A stretch of 64,000 nucleotides of DNA from a bacterium (GCA_029561175.1 JAKQJL010000025.1:3582-67581), one strand, 5' to 3'. Numbered from the stretch's first letter, positions 46,467-56,360 are shown. A program made the numbers and translations. Notes: generated from the sequence alone by a model not told the origin.

Positions 46467-47592
46467 TATTTTTCATCACCGGGCAAATCGGATCAGTTGA
46501 ATTAAAATCATATGGTGCCGATTGATAATAAGGGTCAAGTTTACCCTCAGTATACGACCAAATTAAATATCCATCTCCACCTTGTTTCACATAAGCTTTT
46601 ATTTTTTTATCAAACATCGAAGCTCGATTAGCCAAAGATGAAGCCTGTCCTTTTTTAATTCCGCCTTCGCCCATAAAAATTGGTTTATTTAATTTATTGG
46701 CAATGGCAATATTTCCATCAACATAACTATGATGAAGTGATGGGTTAGTACTTATTGGTTTTCCATAATCATGATTTTCTAAAATATCCACGCTAGCGAT
46801 TGAGTGTAATTTTTCGTATTCAATCCCTGGGTTTTCGGTGCCAATTGTCCCCACACTAATTAAATGGTTTGGATCAATACTTTTTATATAATTAGCCATG
46901 TCTTGGGTAAAATTGTACATACTTGTTGGATCAGATCCTAAGCTGGCAGTTTCCGACTCAGCCTCGTTCATCAATTGCCACATCATGATTATTTTTCTAT
47001 CCTTATACCTTTCCACAATTTTTCCCACATATTCTTTGTAAGTTAATGGATAGTTATAACCGTTATTACCACTAACTCCTTTCTTCCACAATTTATATCC
47101 AGTTTTGTACCAGGTATTCAATTTTCGGCAATCTCCAGAATTATTAATACATTTAGTGCAATCACCCCACTGATTTTCTAGAGTCATAATTAGTCTTACT
47201 CCAGCTTTTTCGGCCTTATCAACTACTTTATCAATTTGGGAAAAATCGACTGTTTTGGTGGTGGCGTTATAGTTGGTATAACTTTGAAAAGCCCATACCC
47301 TCATGGCCATATTAGTATTAGCTCCATTACAAGTGCTCTTCAAATTATCAAACATGGTATTTAAATACAACTCTGGGTATTCGCCGCCATCTCCACATGA
47401 ATTTGCCGAATTATCAGTAAAAGCATTATCTCGATTCACACCTACAAACACAAATGGTTTGCCATTTAAAGTTAATTGATTGCCACTTCGCCGAACAAAA
47501 TCACTTAAATCTGCTGTTTGAGCAAAACTTGGTTTTGCTCCAATTAATAACCAACCAATCAGTAAACAAAAGCCGATGGTATGTTTATTCAT
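46456..47592 (-). CDS. Secreted GH5 glycoside hydrolase (beta-mannanase-like)
   Basis: Signal peptide; RVWAF, WQLMNE acid/base, IDPNHL, HDY, PIFMGE nucleophile. Confidence 0.85.
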   Translation of the reverse strand: MNKHTIGFCLLIGWLLIGAKPSFAQTADLSDFVRRSGNQLTLNGKPFVFVGVNRDNAFTDNSANSCGDGGEYPELYLNTMFDNLKSTCNGANTNMAMRVWAFQSYTNYNATTKTVDFSQIDKVVDKAEKAGVRLIMTLENQWGDCTKCINNSGDCRKLNTWYKTGYKLWKKGVSGNNGYNYPLTYKEYVGKIVERYKDRKIIMMWQLMNEAESETASLGSDPTSMYNFTQDMANYIKSIDPNHLISVGTIGTENPGIEYEKLHSIASVDILENHDYGKPISTNPSLHHSYVDGNIAIANKLNKPIFMGEGGIKKGQASSLANRASMFDKKIKAYVKQGGDGYLIWSYTEGKLDPYYQSAPYDFNSTDPICPVMKNISF

Positions 47593-47639
47593 TACCTATC
47601 AATTATAGTCGTCTCCAATTTTTGTTTCTATAATAATTA

Positions 47640-48242
47640 TTACAAATTACCCAGTAAATAGTCGTTAAACTCTTTGTCGTTATCAATTTGTTTTTTTAAA
47701 GCTTCTCGAATAATGGTTGTTCGACTTTTATTTTTATTAAATTGTCTCCAATCCAAATATCGTCTTTCCAAACTATTTAATACCAAATGAAATCTGTTCT
47801 TTTCATCACTTCCGCTATATTTTTCAATAAAAGTATTAATAATCTTTTTTAACTCCTCACTTTTATATTCCACCACCTGCAATCTGTCTGATTCAATTCC
47901 GTGAATAAACATTTGCTCAAACTGTCGGTGCTTATTTCCCTGCCACAATACCAACACTGGTTTTCGATATTGAAGCGCCAAAGTTATTTGGTGGCCAGTG
48001 CTAAAATTCGAAACAGTATCTTCAATGATTACCGCGTCTGCTTCTCTAATTGCCTCCACACAATCCTTATATATTTTTTTTACATCAGCTACTCTCTGAT
48101 TATTTTTTAATTTTTTTAAAGTAATTGGTAACCAATCTCTGGTCAACACATTTCCTCCATCTATTAATATTTTTCTAATATCAAAGTAAGTTTCTTGATA
48201 TTTAAAAAATTCAGCCGTGGTGCAAGCAAAAAATATTTTCAT
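47640..48242 (-). CDS. Nucleoside 2-deoxyribosyltransferase/RCL-like domain fused to C-terminal ribbon-helix-helix
   Basis: MKIFF, IREADAVI.E, STGHQI.LA...KPVLVL; tail RFHLVL...RYLD...SRTTIIREAL. Confidence 0.7.
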   Translation of the reverse strand: MKIFFACTTAEFFKYQETYFDIRKILIDGGNVLTRDWLPITLKKLKNNQRVADVKKIYKDCVEAIREADAVIIEDTVSNFSTGHQITLALQYRKPVLVLWQGNKHRQFEQMFIHGIESDRLQVVEYKSEELKKIINTFIEKYSGSDEKNRFHLVLNSLERRYLDWRQFNKNKSRTTIIREALKKQIDNDKEFNDYLLGNL

Positions 48243-48247
48243 GGTCG

Positions 48248-48288
48248 ATTTTATCTAATGTGCCAAACATGTGCAATATGTGCATATT
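48248..48288. promoter_or_regulatory. Promoter (- strand) overlapped by three ATGTGC repeats: candidate operator
   Basis: TTGCAC-N17-TAAAAT-N5-ATG on -; ATGTGC at 48258, 48269, 48278; palindrome AATATG-TG-CATATT. Confidence 0.65.
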
Positions 48289-48318
48289 ATTTTTTTTAAA
48301 AAAATATATAAACTACTC

Positions 48319-48909
48319 ATGATCGAAAAACTCTTAATTGCCACTGGCAATCCGGCCAAACTAAATCATTATCGTGGGATTTTATCCGATTTGGTTGGAG
48401 AACTTGTTTGTCTTGCCGATTTAGATATTCAAACTCGTCCTCAAGAAACCGGGTCTACTGCCCAAGAAAATTCTGAAATTAAAGCCATTTATTATTCTCG
48501 CCAAACTGGCTTACCTGCCTTTTCTATTGATGAGTCTCTCTATGTTGATTTTTTAAAAGAACAACCCGGTGTTAATGTTCGCAGAATTGATGGCAAAACT
48601 GAAGTTACCGACCAAGAACTTTTTGATTATTGGTCTCAAAAAATATCTCAAGCACCCGTTTCTTTGCGTCAAGGTTATTGGCAATTTGCCTACACTTTGG
48701 CTGATCATGGCCAAGTTATCAAAACCATCATCCAAAATCGTCCCATTCATTTTTTTTCTCCTGGTTCATCAATTATCGTCCCTGGCTGGCCATTAAGCAG
48801 TCTTCAAGGAGTTGGCAAGCCACAAAGTGAATATTCTCCATCAGAGATTCAGAAAATGGCCGATACTGATGCTTCTTTCGTTCGCCAGCTGTTCTTGGTT
48901 GAATCATAA
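48319..48909 (+). CDS. Ham1/ITPase-family non-canonical NTP pyrophosphatase (divergent)
   Basis: IATGNPAK, ETGSTAQENSEIKA, DESLYVD...PGV. Confidence 0.85.
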   Translation: MIEKLLIATGNPAKLNHYRGILSDLVGELVCLADLDIQTRPQETGSTAQENSEIKAIYYSRQTGLPAFSIDESLYVDFLKEQPGVNVRRIDGKTEVTDQELFDYWSQKISQAPVSLRQGYWQFAYTLADHGQVIKTIIQNRPIHFFSPGSSIIVPGWPLSSLQGVGKPQSEYSPSEIQKMADTDASFVRQLFLVES

Positions 48910-48964
48910 TCATTCTTTCAGATTATCAATTTCACTAGGTAATCCTCCAATTCACACTTCTGAG

Positions 48965-49156
48965 TTAGTTTGTAGGAAGGTTTAGTTTTCTTAATATTAA
49001 GTCAGAATCTTTTTCTGATAATTCAGTTACTAATGGTTCTTTCAATTTATCACACTCTTTACCTAGAGCCCATAAGCATAATCCACCCAAGTTACATCTC
49101 AAAGGTTCACTTGGACTAACAAAACTACATAATAAATGAGTACAAAATAATTCCAT
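48965..49156 (-). CDS. Small Cys-rich hypothetical protein
   Basis: 63 aa, 5 Cys; TACAAT-N5-ATG. Confidence 0.5.
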   Translation of the reverse strand: MELFCTHLLCSFVSPSEPLRCNLGGLCLWALGKECDKLKEPLVTELSEKDSDLILRKLNLPTN

Positions 49157-49198
49157 GCGCTATTGTATCAAAATTTTGATAAACTCTACCTTATCTTT

Positions 49199-49645
49199 AT
49201 GATCACCAAACTTGGTCGTCAATTATTAGAGGAAAAACTATTGGCTCTCAAAGAAGAGCTTCGTTTAACCTACCAAAAACGAAGTGAAGCTGCCGCCGAA
49301 GGGGACTTAAAAGAAAACTCAGCTTACATTTATGCCGGAGAACACGCCAATTTATTAAATTCGCAAATCGAAGAAATAGTATCTGATTTAAAAAACTTTA
49401 TTATCAAATCCAATCCAACTCAATTTGAAACCGTCGAATTTGGTCACCAGGTTACTCTTCTTTATCCCGATCAACGCCAAGTCGATTTTGTTTTAGTTGG
49501 TAAATACGATGCTCGTCTCAAGCCAAACTGGATTTATTATCAAAGCCCCATTGGTCTAGCTCTTCTCTCAAAAAAACCCGGCGATCAAATTCAAATCAAC
49601 GATCAAACTATCACTCTGGTCAGTATCTCTTCAGGAAATATCTAA
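49199..49645 (+). CDS. greA: GreA/GreB-family transcription elongation factor
   Basis: EGDLKENSAY, VEFG..V, SPIGLALL.KKPGD. Confidence 0.88.
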   Translation: MITKLGRQLLEEKLLALKEELRLTYQKRSEAAAEGDLKENSAYIYAGEHANLLNSQIEEIVSDLKNFIIKSNPTQFETVEFGHQVTLLYPDQRQVDFVLVGKYDARLKPNWIYYQSPIGLALLSKKPGDQIQINDQTITLVSISSGNI

Positions 49646-49647
49646 AC

Positions 49648-49663
49648 TTCAGCCATCTTTCAG
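49648..49663 (+). promoter_or_regulatory. TTCAG-N6-TTCAG direct repeat, candidate OmpR-family box
   Basis: 11-bp periodic repeat 10 nt upstream of TAAACT; same motif at 60331. Confidence 0.6.
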
Positions 49664-49688
49664 TATCCGATTCTAAACTCCTTTCATT

Positions 49689-50912
49689 ATGAAAAAAGTC
49701 TTAATAATTATTGCCGTGGTTGCGGCCTTAATCTTTGGTGTTTTTAAAATTACTACATCTAAAAAAACCACCACTCAATCCCAAACTTACTCAGTCACCA
49801 AAGGCACCTTAGTCACTTCGATTTCAGCGACTGGCACTATAACTTCCGGCAATAGCACCAATATCACTACTTCCGCCAGTGGTACTGTTTCTGAAGTTTT
49901 TGTTAAAAATGGCGACTCAATTAAAAAAGATCAAAAAATTGCCACCTTAATTTTGGATGATTCATCAAAAACCAAACAATCAAATGCTTATGCGGCTTAT
50001 CTAAAAGCCAAAGAAGCCGTGGCTACTGCTGTGGCTGCCAAAGTTACCGCCGATATTCAAATGTGGACCGATCATCAAGCTCATCTAACTGCCCTGGGTG
50101 TCCAGTCAACCATGAATTCCAACAACACCAACCCTAAAACCAGCCAAGTTTATACTGCCGAAGAGCGAATGGTTATCGACAAAACTGTCGATCAAGCTTA
50201 CTTAAATTTTAAAGCTTCAGAATTAAAGTATCAAAATGCTCCTGCTGCTATTACCAATGCTAAGGTCAACTTAGCTTCGGCGTATAATGATTATTTAAAT
50301 AACTCGGCTACAATTTTAGCCCCAGCCGATGGGGTGGTTAATAATTTAACTCTTGCCCCCGGGGTGGTTATTTCTGAAGTCACTGGTGAAGACGTCACCA
50401 CTCAAACTATCGGAATTGTTAATAATATCAATAATCAATTTCAAGCCACGGTTAATTTAACCGAATCCGATGTTACCAAAATCAAAGCCGATCAAAAAGT
50501 TTCGCTCACCCTGGATGCTTTTTCCGACAAAACTTTTACCGGAAAAGTTTTGGCCGTCAACACTTCTGGTACTTCAACTTCAGGAGTTACTAGTTATCCA
50601 GTAACTATTCTTCTCGATTCTACCGATATTAATATTTATTCTAAAATGTCGGTCAGCGCTCAAATAATCACCAATATTTATCATGATGTTTTATTAATTT
50701 CTAATAATGCTCTTAGCTCTCTAAAATCCGATGTGGTTACTGGTGAAACCGATGGCACCAACACCATTGTTAAGTCAGGTTTATCAGAAGGCGATAAAGT
50801 CACTGTCACTTCAACTCAATCAAGTTCTGTTAGTAATACTTCTTCTCCTTTTAGTTCTACTAATCGAACTAAAAATAGTAACAGCGGTGGTATGATGCCT
50901 CCTGGTTTTTAA
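49689..50912 (+). CDS. MacA-like membrane fusion/adaptor protein
   Basis: SGTVSEVFVKNGD, ILAPADGVV, ESDVTKIK, SGLSEGD. Confidence 0.88.
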   Translation: MKKVLIIIAVVAALIFGVFKITTSKKTTTQSQTYSVTKGTLVTSISATGTITSGNSTNITTSASGTVSEVFVKNGDSIKKDQKIATLILDDSSKTKQSNAYAAYLKAKEAVATAVAAKVTADIQMWTDHQAHLTALGVQSTMNSNNTNPKTSQVYTAEERMVIDKTVDQAYLNFKASELKYQNAPAAITNAKVNLASAYNDYLNNSATILAPADGVVNNLTLAPGVVISEVTGEDVTTQTIGIVNNINNQFQATVNLTESDVTKIKADQKVSLTLDAFSDKTFTGKVLAVNTSGTSTSGVTSYPVTILLDSTDINIYSKMSVSAQIITNIYHDVLLISNNALSSLKSDVVTGETDGTNTIVKSGLSEGDKVTVTSTQSSSVSNTSSPFSSTNRTKNSNSGGMMPPGF

Positions 50913-50913
50913 T

Positions 50914-51612
50914 ATGAAAAATATTATTGATCTTAAAAATATCTCAAAAATTTATACTACCGAAGCTGGTAAAACTATTGCTCTCGATAATGTATCTTTT
51001 AATGTAAAAACCGGCGAGTTTGTCGCTATTATGGGGCCATCTGGTTCTGGCAAATCAACTTTAATGCATATTTTGGGTGCCATCGATATTCCCACCTCGG
51101 GCACCTATCTTCTTGATGGTGAAAATGTCGAAAACCTAGATGATGATCAGTTAGCCGATATTCGTAACCGTAAAATTGGATTTGTATTTCAAGCTTTTAA
51201 TCTTTTACCTCGAACTACTGTTTTGCAAAATGTTATCTTGCCCATGAAATATGGCAATGTCCCCGAAGAAAACCGTGAACCAATTGCTAAAAAATTTTTA
51301 ACCCTAGTTGGTCTTCAAGATCGTCTTTCCCACACTTCCAATCAAATTTCTGGTGGTCAACAACAGCGAGTGGCTATTGCCCGAGCTTTGGTTATGAATC
51401 CCGCCATTATTTTGGCCGACGAACCCACTGGTAATATTGCCTCTAGTCAGGCCGAAGAAGTTATGGCCATTTTTCAAAAATTAAATGACGATGGTCATAC
51501 TATTATTATGATTACCCACGAGCCAGATATAGCCCAGCATTCAAAAAGAATCATTATCCTAAAAGACGGCCAAATCGTTAGTGATCAATTAAATTATCAA
51601 TATCGAATATGA
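50914..51612 (+). CDS. MacB/LolD-type ABC ATPase
   Basis: GPSGSGKST, FVFQAFNL, SGGQQQRVAIAR, ADEPTG. Confidence 0.95.
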   Translation: MKNIIDLKNISKIYTTEAGKTIALDNVSFNVKTGEFVAIMGPSGSGKSTLMHILGAIDIPTSGTYLLDGENVENLDDDQLADIRNRKIGFVFQAFNLLPRTTVLQNVILPMKYGNVPEENREPIAKKFLTLVGLQDRLSHTSNQISGGQQQRVAIARALVMNPAIILADEPTGNIASSQAEEVMAIFQKLNDDGHTIIMITHEPDIAQHSKRIIILKDGQIVSDQLNYQYRI

Positions 51613-52835
51613 AATTTTTTGCCGAAATTATCAAAGACGGTTTCCTTACCCTAAAACTCAATAAAATGCGAACTGGTTTAGCTATTTTAGGAATTGTTAT
51701 CGGTATTGGTAGTGTTATTGCTTTAATGTCGATTGGTGAAGCCAGTAAAAAATCTGTTCAAAATCAAATCCAGTCACTCGGCGCCAATTTATTAACTATT
51801 TCTCCTGGATCCCAAAGCCAAGGCATGGTTAGGGGAGCCGCCGGTGGCCGAACCACCCTTACCTCCGAAGACGCCTCGGCCCTCGAAGCCAAAAAATTTT
51901 CCGCCATCAAAACTGTTTCTCCTGAATATTCTTCTCGAACTCAAGTAATTTCTAGTCAAAGCAACACTAATACTCAAGTTTATGGAGTTACTCAAAATTA
52001 CCAAACAGTTCATAAGGTTACTTTAAGTAGTGGCCAATTTATTTCCGAAAACGATCTTACTGCCAATAGTAAAGTTGCCGTTCTCGGCCCAACTGTGGTT
52101 GAAGATTTGTTTGGCGATAGTTCTTTTAATCCCATTGGTCAGTCAATTAAGATTAACGGCCAAAGTTTTCAAGTAATTGGAGTTACCAAAGCCAAAGGTG
52201 GTAGTGGCATGTCCAATCAAGACGATCAAATTTATATCCCTCTTTCAGTTGCTCAAAAACAAGTTTTTGGTGTTAAATATCTTTCTGCCATTTCTCTTGA
52301 AGCTATTAGCCAAGAAGAAATGACTCGGGCCATGAATCAAGCCGGTTATTTTCTTTTAGAACGCCATAAAATTACCGACACCACCAAAGCCGATTTCACT
52401 ATTCGTTCTCAAGCGGATATTATGTCCGCCATGACTTCGGTCTCGGGAACTCTAACTGGTCTTTTATCCGGAGTAGCGGCTATTTCTCTAATTGTTGGTG
52501 GTATAGGCATTATGAATATTATGTTAGTTACCGTCACCGAGCGAACCCGAGAAATTGGTTTAAGAAAAGCTCTGGGGGCAAAAAAGAAAGCTATTATTTA
52601 TCAGTTTTTAGTTGAGTCAGTAATCCTCACTTTTTCAGGTGGCATGATCGGAATTTTAGCCGGAATTTTAACTGCCTTTGTTTATGCTCAATTAAATAGT
52701 TCACTATTTGCTATTTCTGTTTCGTCTATCTTTCTGGCATTTTTTGTTTCAGTCGCCATTGGTATTGTTTTTGGTTGGTATCCTGCCAAACGGGCCTCAG
52801 CCCTTCAACCTATCGAAGCCCTCCGCTACGAGTAG
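51609..52835 (+). CDS. MacB-type ABC permease
   Basis: LGIVIGI, GGIGIMNIMLVTVTERTREIG, PIEALRYE. Confidence 0.95.
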   Translation: MKFFAEIIKDGFLTLKLNKMRTGLAILGIVIGIGSVIALMSIGEASKKSVQNQIQSLGANLLTISPGSQSQGMVRGAAGGRTTLTSEDASALEAKKFSAIKTVSPEYSSRTQVISSQSNTNTQVYGVTQNYQTVHKVTLSSGQFISENDLTANSKVAVLGPTVVEDLFGDSSFNPIGQSIKINGQSFQVIGVTKAKGGSGMSNQDDQIYIPLSVAQKQVFGVKYLSAISLEAISQEEMTRAMNQAGYFLLERHKITDTTKADFTIRSQADIMSAMTSVSGTLTGLLSGVAAISLIVGGIGIMNIMLVTVTERTREIGLRKALGAKKKAIIYQFLVESVILTFSGGMIGILAGILTAFVYAQLNSSLFAISVSSIFLAFFVSVAIGIVFGWYPAKRASALQPIEALRYE

Positions 52836-52851
52836 TGTTAAAATAAAAGCT

Positions 52852-54303
52852 ATGATTTTTGTCAAAGATTTATCCTATTCTTACGGCCGCGAGCCCATAT
52901 TTTCTGGCGCCAGTTTTTATCTTGATAAAAATCAAAAAGCTGGTTTAGTTGGCTCAAATGGCTCTGGTAAATCTACCCTATTTAAATTGCTCACCGGTGA
53001 AGACCAACCCGATGACGGTAAAGTTGAAGTTGGTGGCCAAATTATGCTGGTTCCCCAAGAAGTCAAACACGACCCCCAAATGGAGAAAGCACCATCTATT
53101 AGGCACTATCTCGATCCCAAACAAACAGCCGAAGACTATGAATTACTTCGCATTATTTCCAAATTGGAACTAGCTCAATTTAGTCTCGACTCCTCGCCTC
53201 GAAATTTAAGTGGTGGCCAAAAAACCAAATTAGCCATTGCTCGAGCCTTAGTTCAAAAGCCCGATGTTTTGCTTTTAGATGAACCAACTAATTTTTTAGA
53301 TACTGAAGGAAAAAATTGGGTAATGAACTTTTTAGGTCGTTACCCTAAAACTTTATTAGTCATTTCTCACGACTTAAGTCTTTTAGATTCTAAAATCGAC
53401 AAAATTCTTGAAATTAATTTGCAAACTAAAAAGATCGACGAATATGCCGGCAACTATTCCAGCTATCTCCAATTAAAAGGAGAAAAAGAAAACTTGCTTG
53501 TTCGTCAAATTCATGTTCAAGAACGTCATATTGCTCAAATGAAAAAAGGCTGGTTAAAAATGTCGCATGTTAAGTCTGAAAAAGGTGTTCGTCAACGGCT
53601 TCAACTCGAAAAAAGAATCGATCAACTGTCTGCCAGTCTACCTCAAATGCCACTCCAAGCCAAAAAAATAAAAATCAAATTACCTGATCCTCAATGGGTT
53701 GGTGAAATGCCACTAATTGCCCAAGATATCAACAAAACTTATGGCTCTAAAGTTGTTTTAAATAGTGTCTCTTTCGATATAAAAAGAGGGGAGAGAATCG
53801 CACTTTCTGGTCCCAACGGTGCCGGTAAAAGTACTTTAATCAAAATCCTTATAGGTCTCACTCTGCCAGATTCTGGCGAAATTGTTAAAGATGAAAAACT
53901 CTTAATTGGTTATTATTCTCAAGAATTCGAAACCTTTGATTTTCAAAAAACTCTCCACCAAACTGTCAAAGATAAATGTGGTTTACCCGAATCAACTATT
54001 CGTTCACTTTTGGGTCGTTTTCTTTTTACTGGTGATCAAGTCTTCCAAAAAGTTGGTTCGCTTTCCGGTGGCGAAAAAACTAGATTATCAATTGCTCTTC
54101 TCTTGGCTCAAAATTATAATCTTTTAATTTTAGATGAACCAACCACCTATCTCGACGTTCTTTCGCAGCGCTTAATTTTAGAAGCCATCAAACTTTACCA
54201 AGGCGCCATGATTGTTGTTTCTCATACCCCCGAATTTATTTCTGAACTAAAACCATCGCGACAATTTTTGCTTCCCGAAAATAAAATGGTTTTGTTAAGC
54301 TAA
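52852..54303 (+). CDS. ABC-F family ATPase
   Basis: Two NBDs (GSNGSGKST, LSGGQ, DEPTN; GPNGAGKST, LSGGE), GNYS linker, no TM. Confidence 0.93.
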   Translation: MIFVKDLSYSYGREPIFSGASFYLDKNQKAGLVGSNGSGKSTLFKLLTGEDQPDDGKVEVGGQIMLVPQEVKHDPQMEKAPSIRHYLDPKQTAEDYELLRIISKLELAQFSLDSSPRNLSGGQKTKLAIARALVQKPDVLLLDEPTNFLDTEGKNWVMNFLGRYPKTLLVISHDLSLLDSKIDKILEINLQTKKIDEYAGNYSSYLQLKGEKENLLVRQIHVQERHIAQMKKGWLKMSHVKSEKGVRQRLQLEKRIDQLSASLPQMPLQAKKIKIKLPDPQWVGEMPLIAQDINKTYGSKVVLNSVSFDIKRGERIALSGPNGAGKSTLIKILIGLTLPDSGEIVKDEKLLIGYYSQEFETFDFQKTLHQTVKDKCGLPESTIRSLLGRFLFTGDQVFQKVGSLSGGEKTRLSIALLLAQNYNLLILDEPTTYLDVLSQRLILEAIKLYQGAMIVVSHTPEFISELKPSRQFLLPENKMVLLS

Positions 54304-54785
54304 CTTCTCTTCTTTAAAATACTTTCAATTTCTCCCCTAATCACCGAAGGCTCTTTTTTAGTTACCATTGAAATTTCTTGGCATAATCTTGCCATCATTT
54401 GTTCCACTATTTCCAAATCAGTTTTGGTTAAAGTGGCCATTCTTATCCAATAATAAATTAATACCGACACAATCGACTCAAGATTGTTGGAAAAAATCAT
54501 CTCTTTAATCACCAAGCTGTTATATTCTGCTTCAATCTCTTTATTTTTTAAATCTTTATAGACTTTCTTAATTTCATCTGTGGTCAACATTTTTCGAATT
54601 CCAGTTTTTTTTAAATTCTCAATTGGAATAGATGCCGTATAAACTTTATCGGAACCCCAGGCCGGTTTGTAATACATATAGTATTCTTCTTTGCCTTTAT
54701 TGTCTTTTACCAGTTTAACCTCCGTCACTTGGTATATATATGACGAATCAGTAACAAACTCCCCAGCACCATAATCTTGATTCAT
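54300..54785 (-). CDS. carD: CarD-family transcription regulator
   Basis: YGAGEFV, SIPIENLKKTGIRK, EIKKVYKDL, RLCQEISMV. Confidence 0.7.
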   Translation of the reverse strand: MNQDYGAGEFVTDSSYIYQVTEVKLVKDNKGKEEYYMYYKPAWGSDKVYTASIPIENLKKTGIRKMLTTDEIKKVYKDLKNKEIEAEYNSLVIKEMIFSNNLESIVSVLIYYWIRMATLTKTDLEIVEQMMARLCQEISMVTKKEPSVIRGEIESILKKRS

Positions 54786-54835
54786 AACTTCTCCACTAAA
54801 ATAATATCTATCTTTCGATATATTATTATATCAGA

Positions 54836-55366
54836 TTATTCCTCTTCCGGAGGCAGGTATTCCTCACCGTTATCCGATTCGGTTTGATTGGCTTTAAGCC
54901 ACAAAACATAATCACATCCGGTTGCTTTTTTAGCTTCTCGATCCCAACCAGAAGTTGAACATTTTTTCATTTTTTTACCATTAGCGGTAGTGTATAAAAC
55001 CAAAGCCTCTCCACATTTAGGGCATTTTTCATCCAAAGGTTCGGTGGTGCCATTAACCCATTCCACATAATCACAACCAATGGCTTTTTTAGCTTCTTTA
55101 TCCCAGCTTCCAGCACTACATTTTTTCATTTTTTTACCAAATCTGGTTACCTGTAAAACTAATTTAGCTCCACATTTAGGGCAATTTTCATCCAGTTCTT
55201 TTGGTTCAACTTCCAACCATTTCACGTATTCACAACCTTCATTTTTATGTGTCTGAGGATTCCAGCTTCCTTGGCTGCATCTTTGGAGTTTTCTACCAGT
55301 AGCAGTTTCAGTAACCTCGCCCAATGGGGCGCCACATTTTGGACATACTTCTTCATTTTGAGTCAT
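54836..55366 (-). CDS. Stand-alone triple topoisomerase-type C4 zinc-ribbon protein
   Basis: 3x CPKCG...G.K..KCS...W......GC.YV.W. Confidence 0.85.
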   Translation of the reverse strand: MTQNEEVCPKCGAPLGEVTETATGRKLQRCSQGSWNPQTHKNEGCEYVKWLEVEPKELDENCPKCGAKLVLQVTRFGKKMKKCSAGSWDKEAKKAIGCDYVEWVNGTTEPLDEKCPKCGEALVLYTTANGKKMKKCSTSGWDREAKKATGCDYVLWLKANQTESDNGEEYLPPEEE

Positions 55367-55410
55367 GCTTATATACTAGCATTATTTTTCTTTGATATAC
55401 TCAATTAGCT

Positions 55411-56256
55411 ATGGATATTCATGTTGCCGATCAAAGAATTTTGTTATTTACCGATCAAATTACTCCGGAGGATGCTCAATCAAAAGCTTGGGATAAGCGA
55501 ATTTCCGCTTTCGATGCTCTTTCAAAAGTTACCGGGTTCTTTTCTCGTCCCAAAGATGATGATTTTGAATTAACTTATTCCGAGCATCGTTATCAACCTT
55601 TTTGGCATGTAGTCGCCAAGGCTAAATATGTCTATGATCGCAGTGCCAAATATCAAGTTCCGGTTTCTGGCCCAGAAGTAAAATCAATCACTCTTCTAAA
55701 AAATCATTATGAAGCCGTTAATGGCCACCTCCATCTCGATATTATGGAACATTGTCTTCAAGAAGAACAAGATGAAGCTTTGGTTGATGGTGTCACCGGC
55801 AAGGCTGACTCGGAATTGGGTCGTTATCTATCTTTTTCTCCCAAAGTAATTTCTGGCCAAATTGAAAAACATGTGGCCGACACTTCAATTTTAGTTCCAC
55901 CTCAAACTCGAGTTTCAGCCATCATGCGCGATTCTCTCTCTAAAATGATTAAAGGCATTCAGACCGATAAAATCCTCGAAGAAAATGTCGAAGTTACCTG
56001 TGTTGATCTCTACTATCATCCTATTTATGCTTTTCAGTACAAATGGCTTTCCAAAAACAAAGAAGCCATTTTAGAAGTTGACGGTATTACTGGCGAAATC
56101 AAAGCTGGTAGTCGAGTCTTTAGTGAATACCTCGGCCACATTCTCGATCCTAGTTTTCTTTTCGATCTTGGTGCCGATGCGGCTGGCATGATCATTCCCG
56201 GTGGTAGTATTGCTGTCAAAGTTGCCAAACATGTCCTCGACTCCCAGAAAAAATAA
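55411..56256 (+). CDS. Hypothetical protein
   Basis: 281 aa; YQPFW, VDGVTG and VDGITG internal repeat. Confidence 0.75.
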   Translation: MDIHVADQRILLFTDQITPEDAQSKAWDKRISAFDALSKVTGFFSRPKDDDFELTYSEHRYQPFWHVVAKAKYVYDRSAKYQVPVSGPEVKSITLLKNHYEAVNGHLHLDIMEHCLQEEQDEALVDGVTGKADSELGRYLSFSPKVISGQIEKHVADTSILVPPQTRVSAIMRDSLSKMIKGIQTDKILEENVEVTCVDLYYHPIYAFQYKWLSKNKEAILEVDGITGEIKAGSRVFSEYLGHILDPSFLFDLGADAAGMIIPGGSIAVKVAKHVLDSQKK

Positions 56257-56274
56257 TCTAGTGTAAAATTATCT

Positions 56275-56358
56275 ATGATCAACAACAAAAAAGTCCGCTT
56301 AGTTCTCATCGTTATTCTTCTTATTATTGCCGCTTATTTCTTTTACTCATTAACCTAA
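56275..56358 (+). CDS. 27-aa single-TM peptide
   Basis: [27 protein letters not shown]; TAAAAT-N5-ATG. Confidence 0.5.
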   Translation: MINNKKVRLVLIVILLIIAAYFFYSLT

Positions 56359-56360
56359 TT

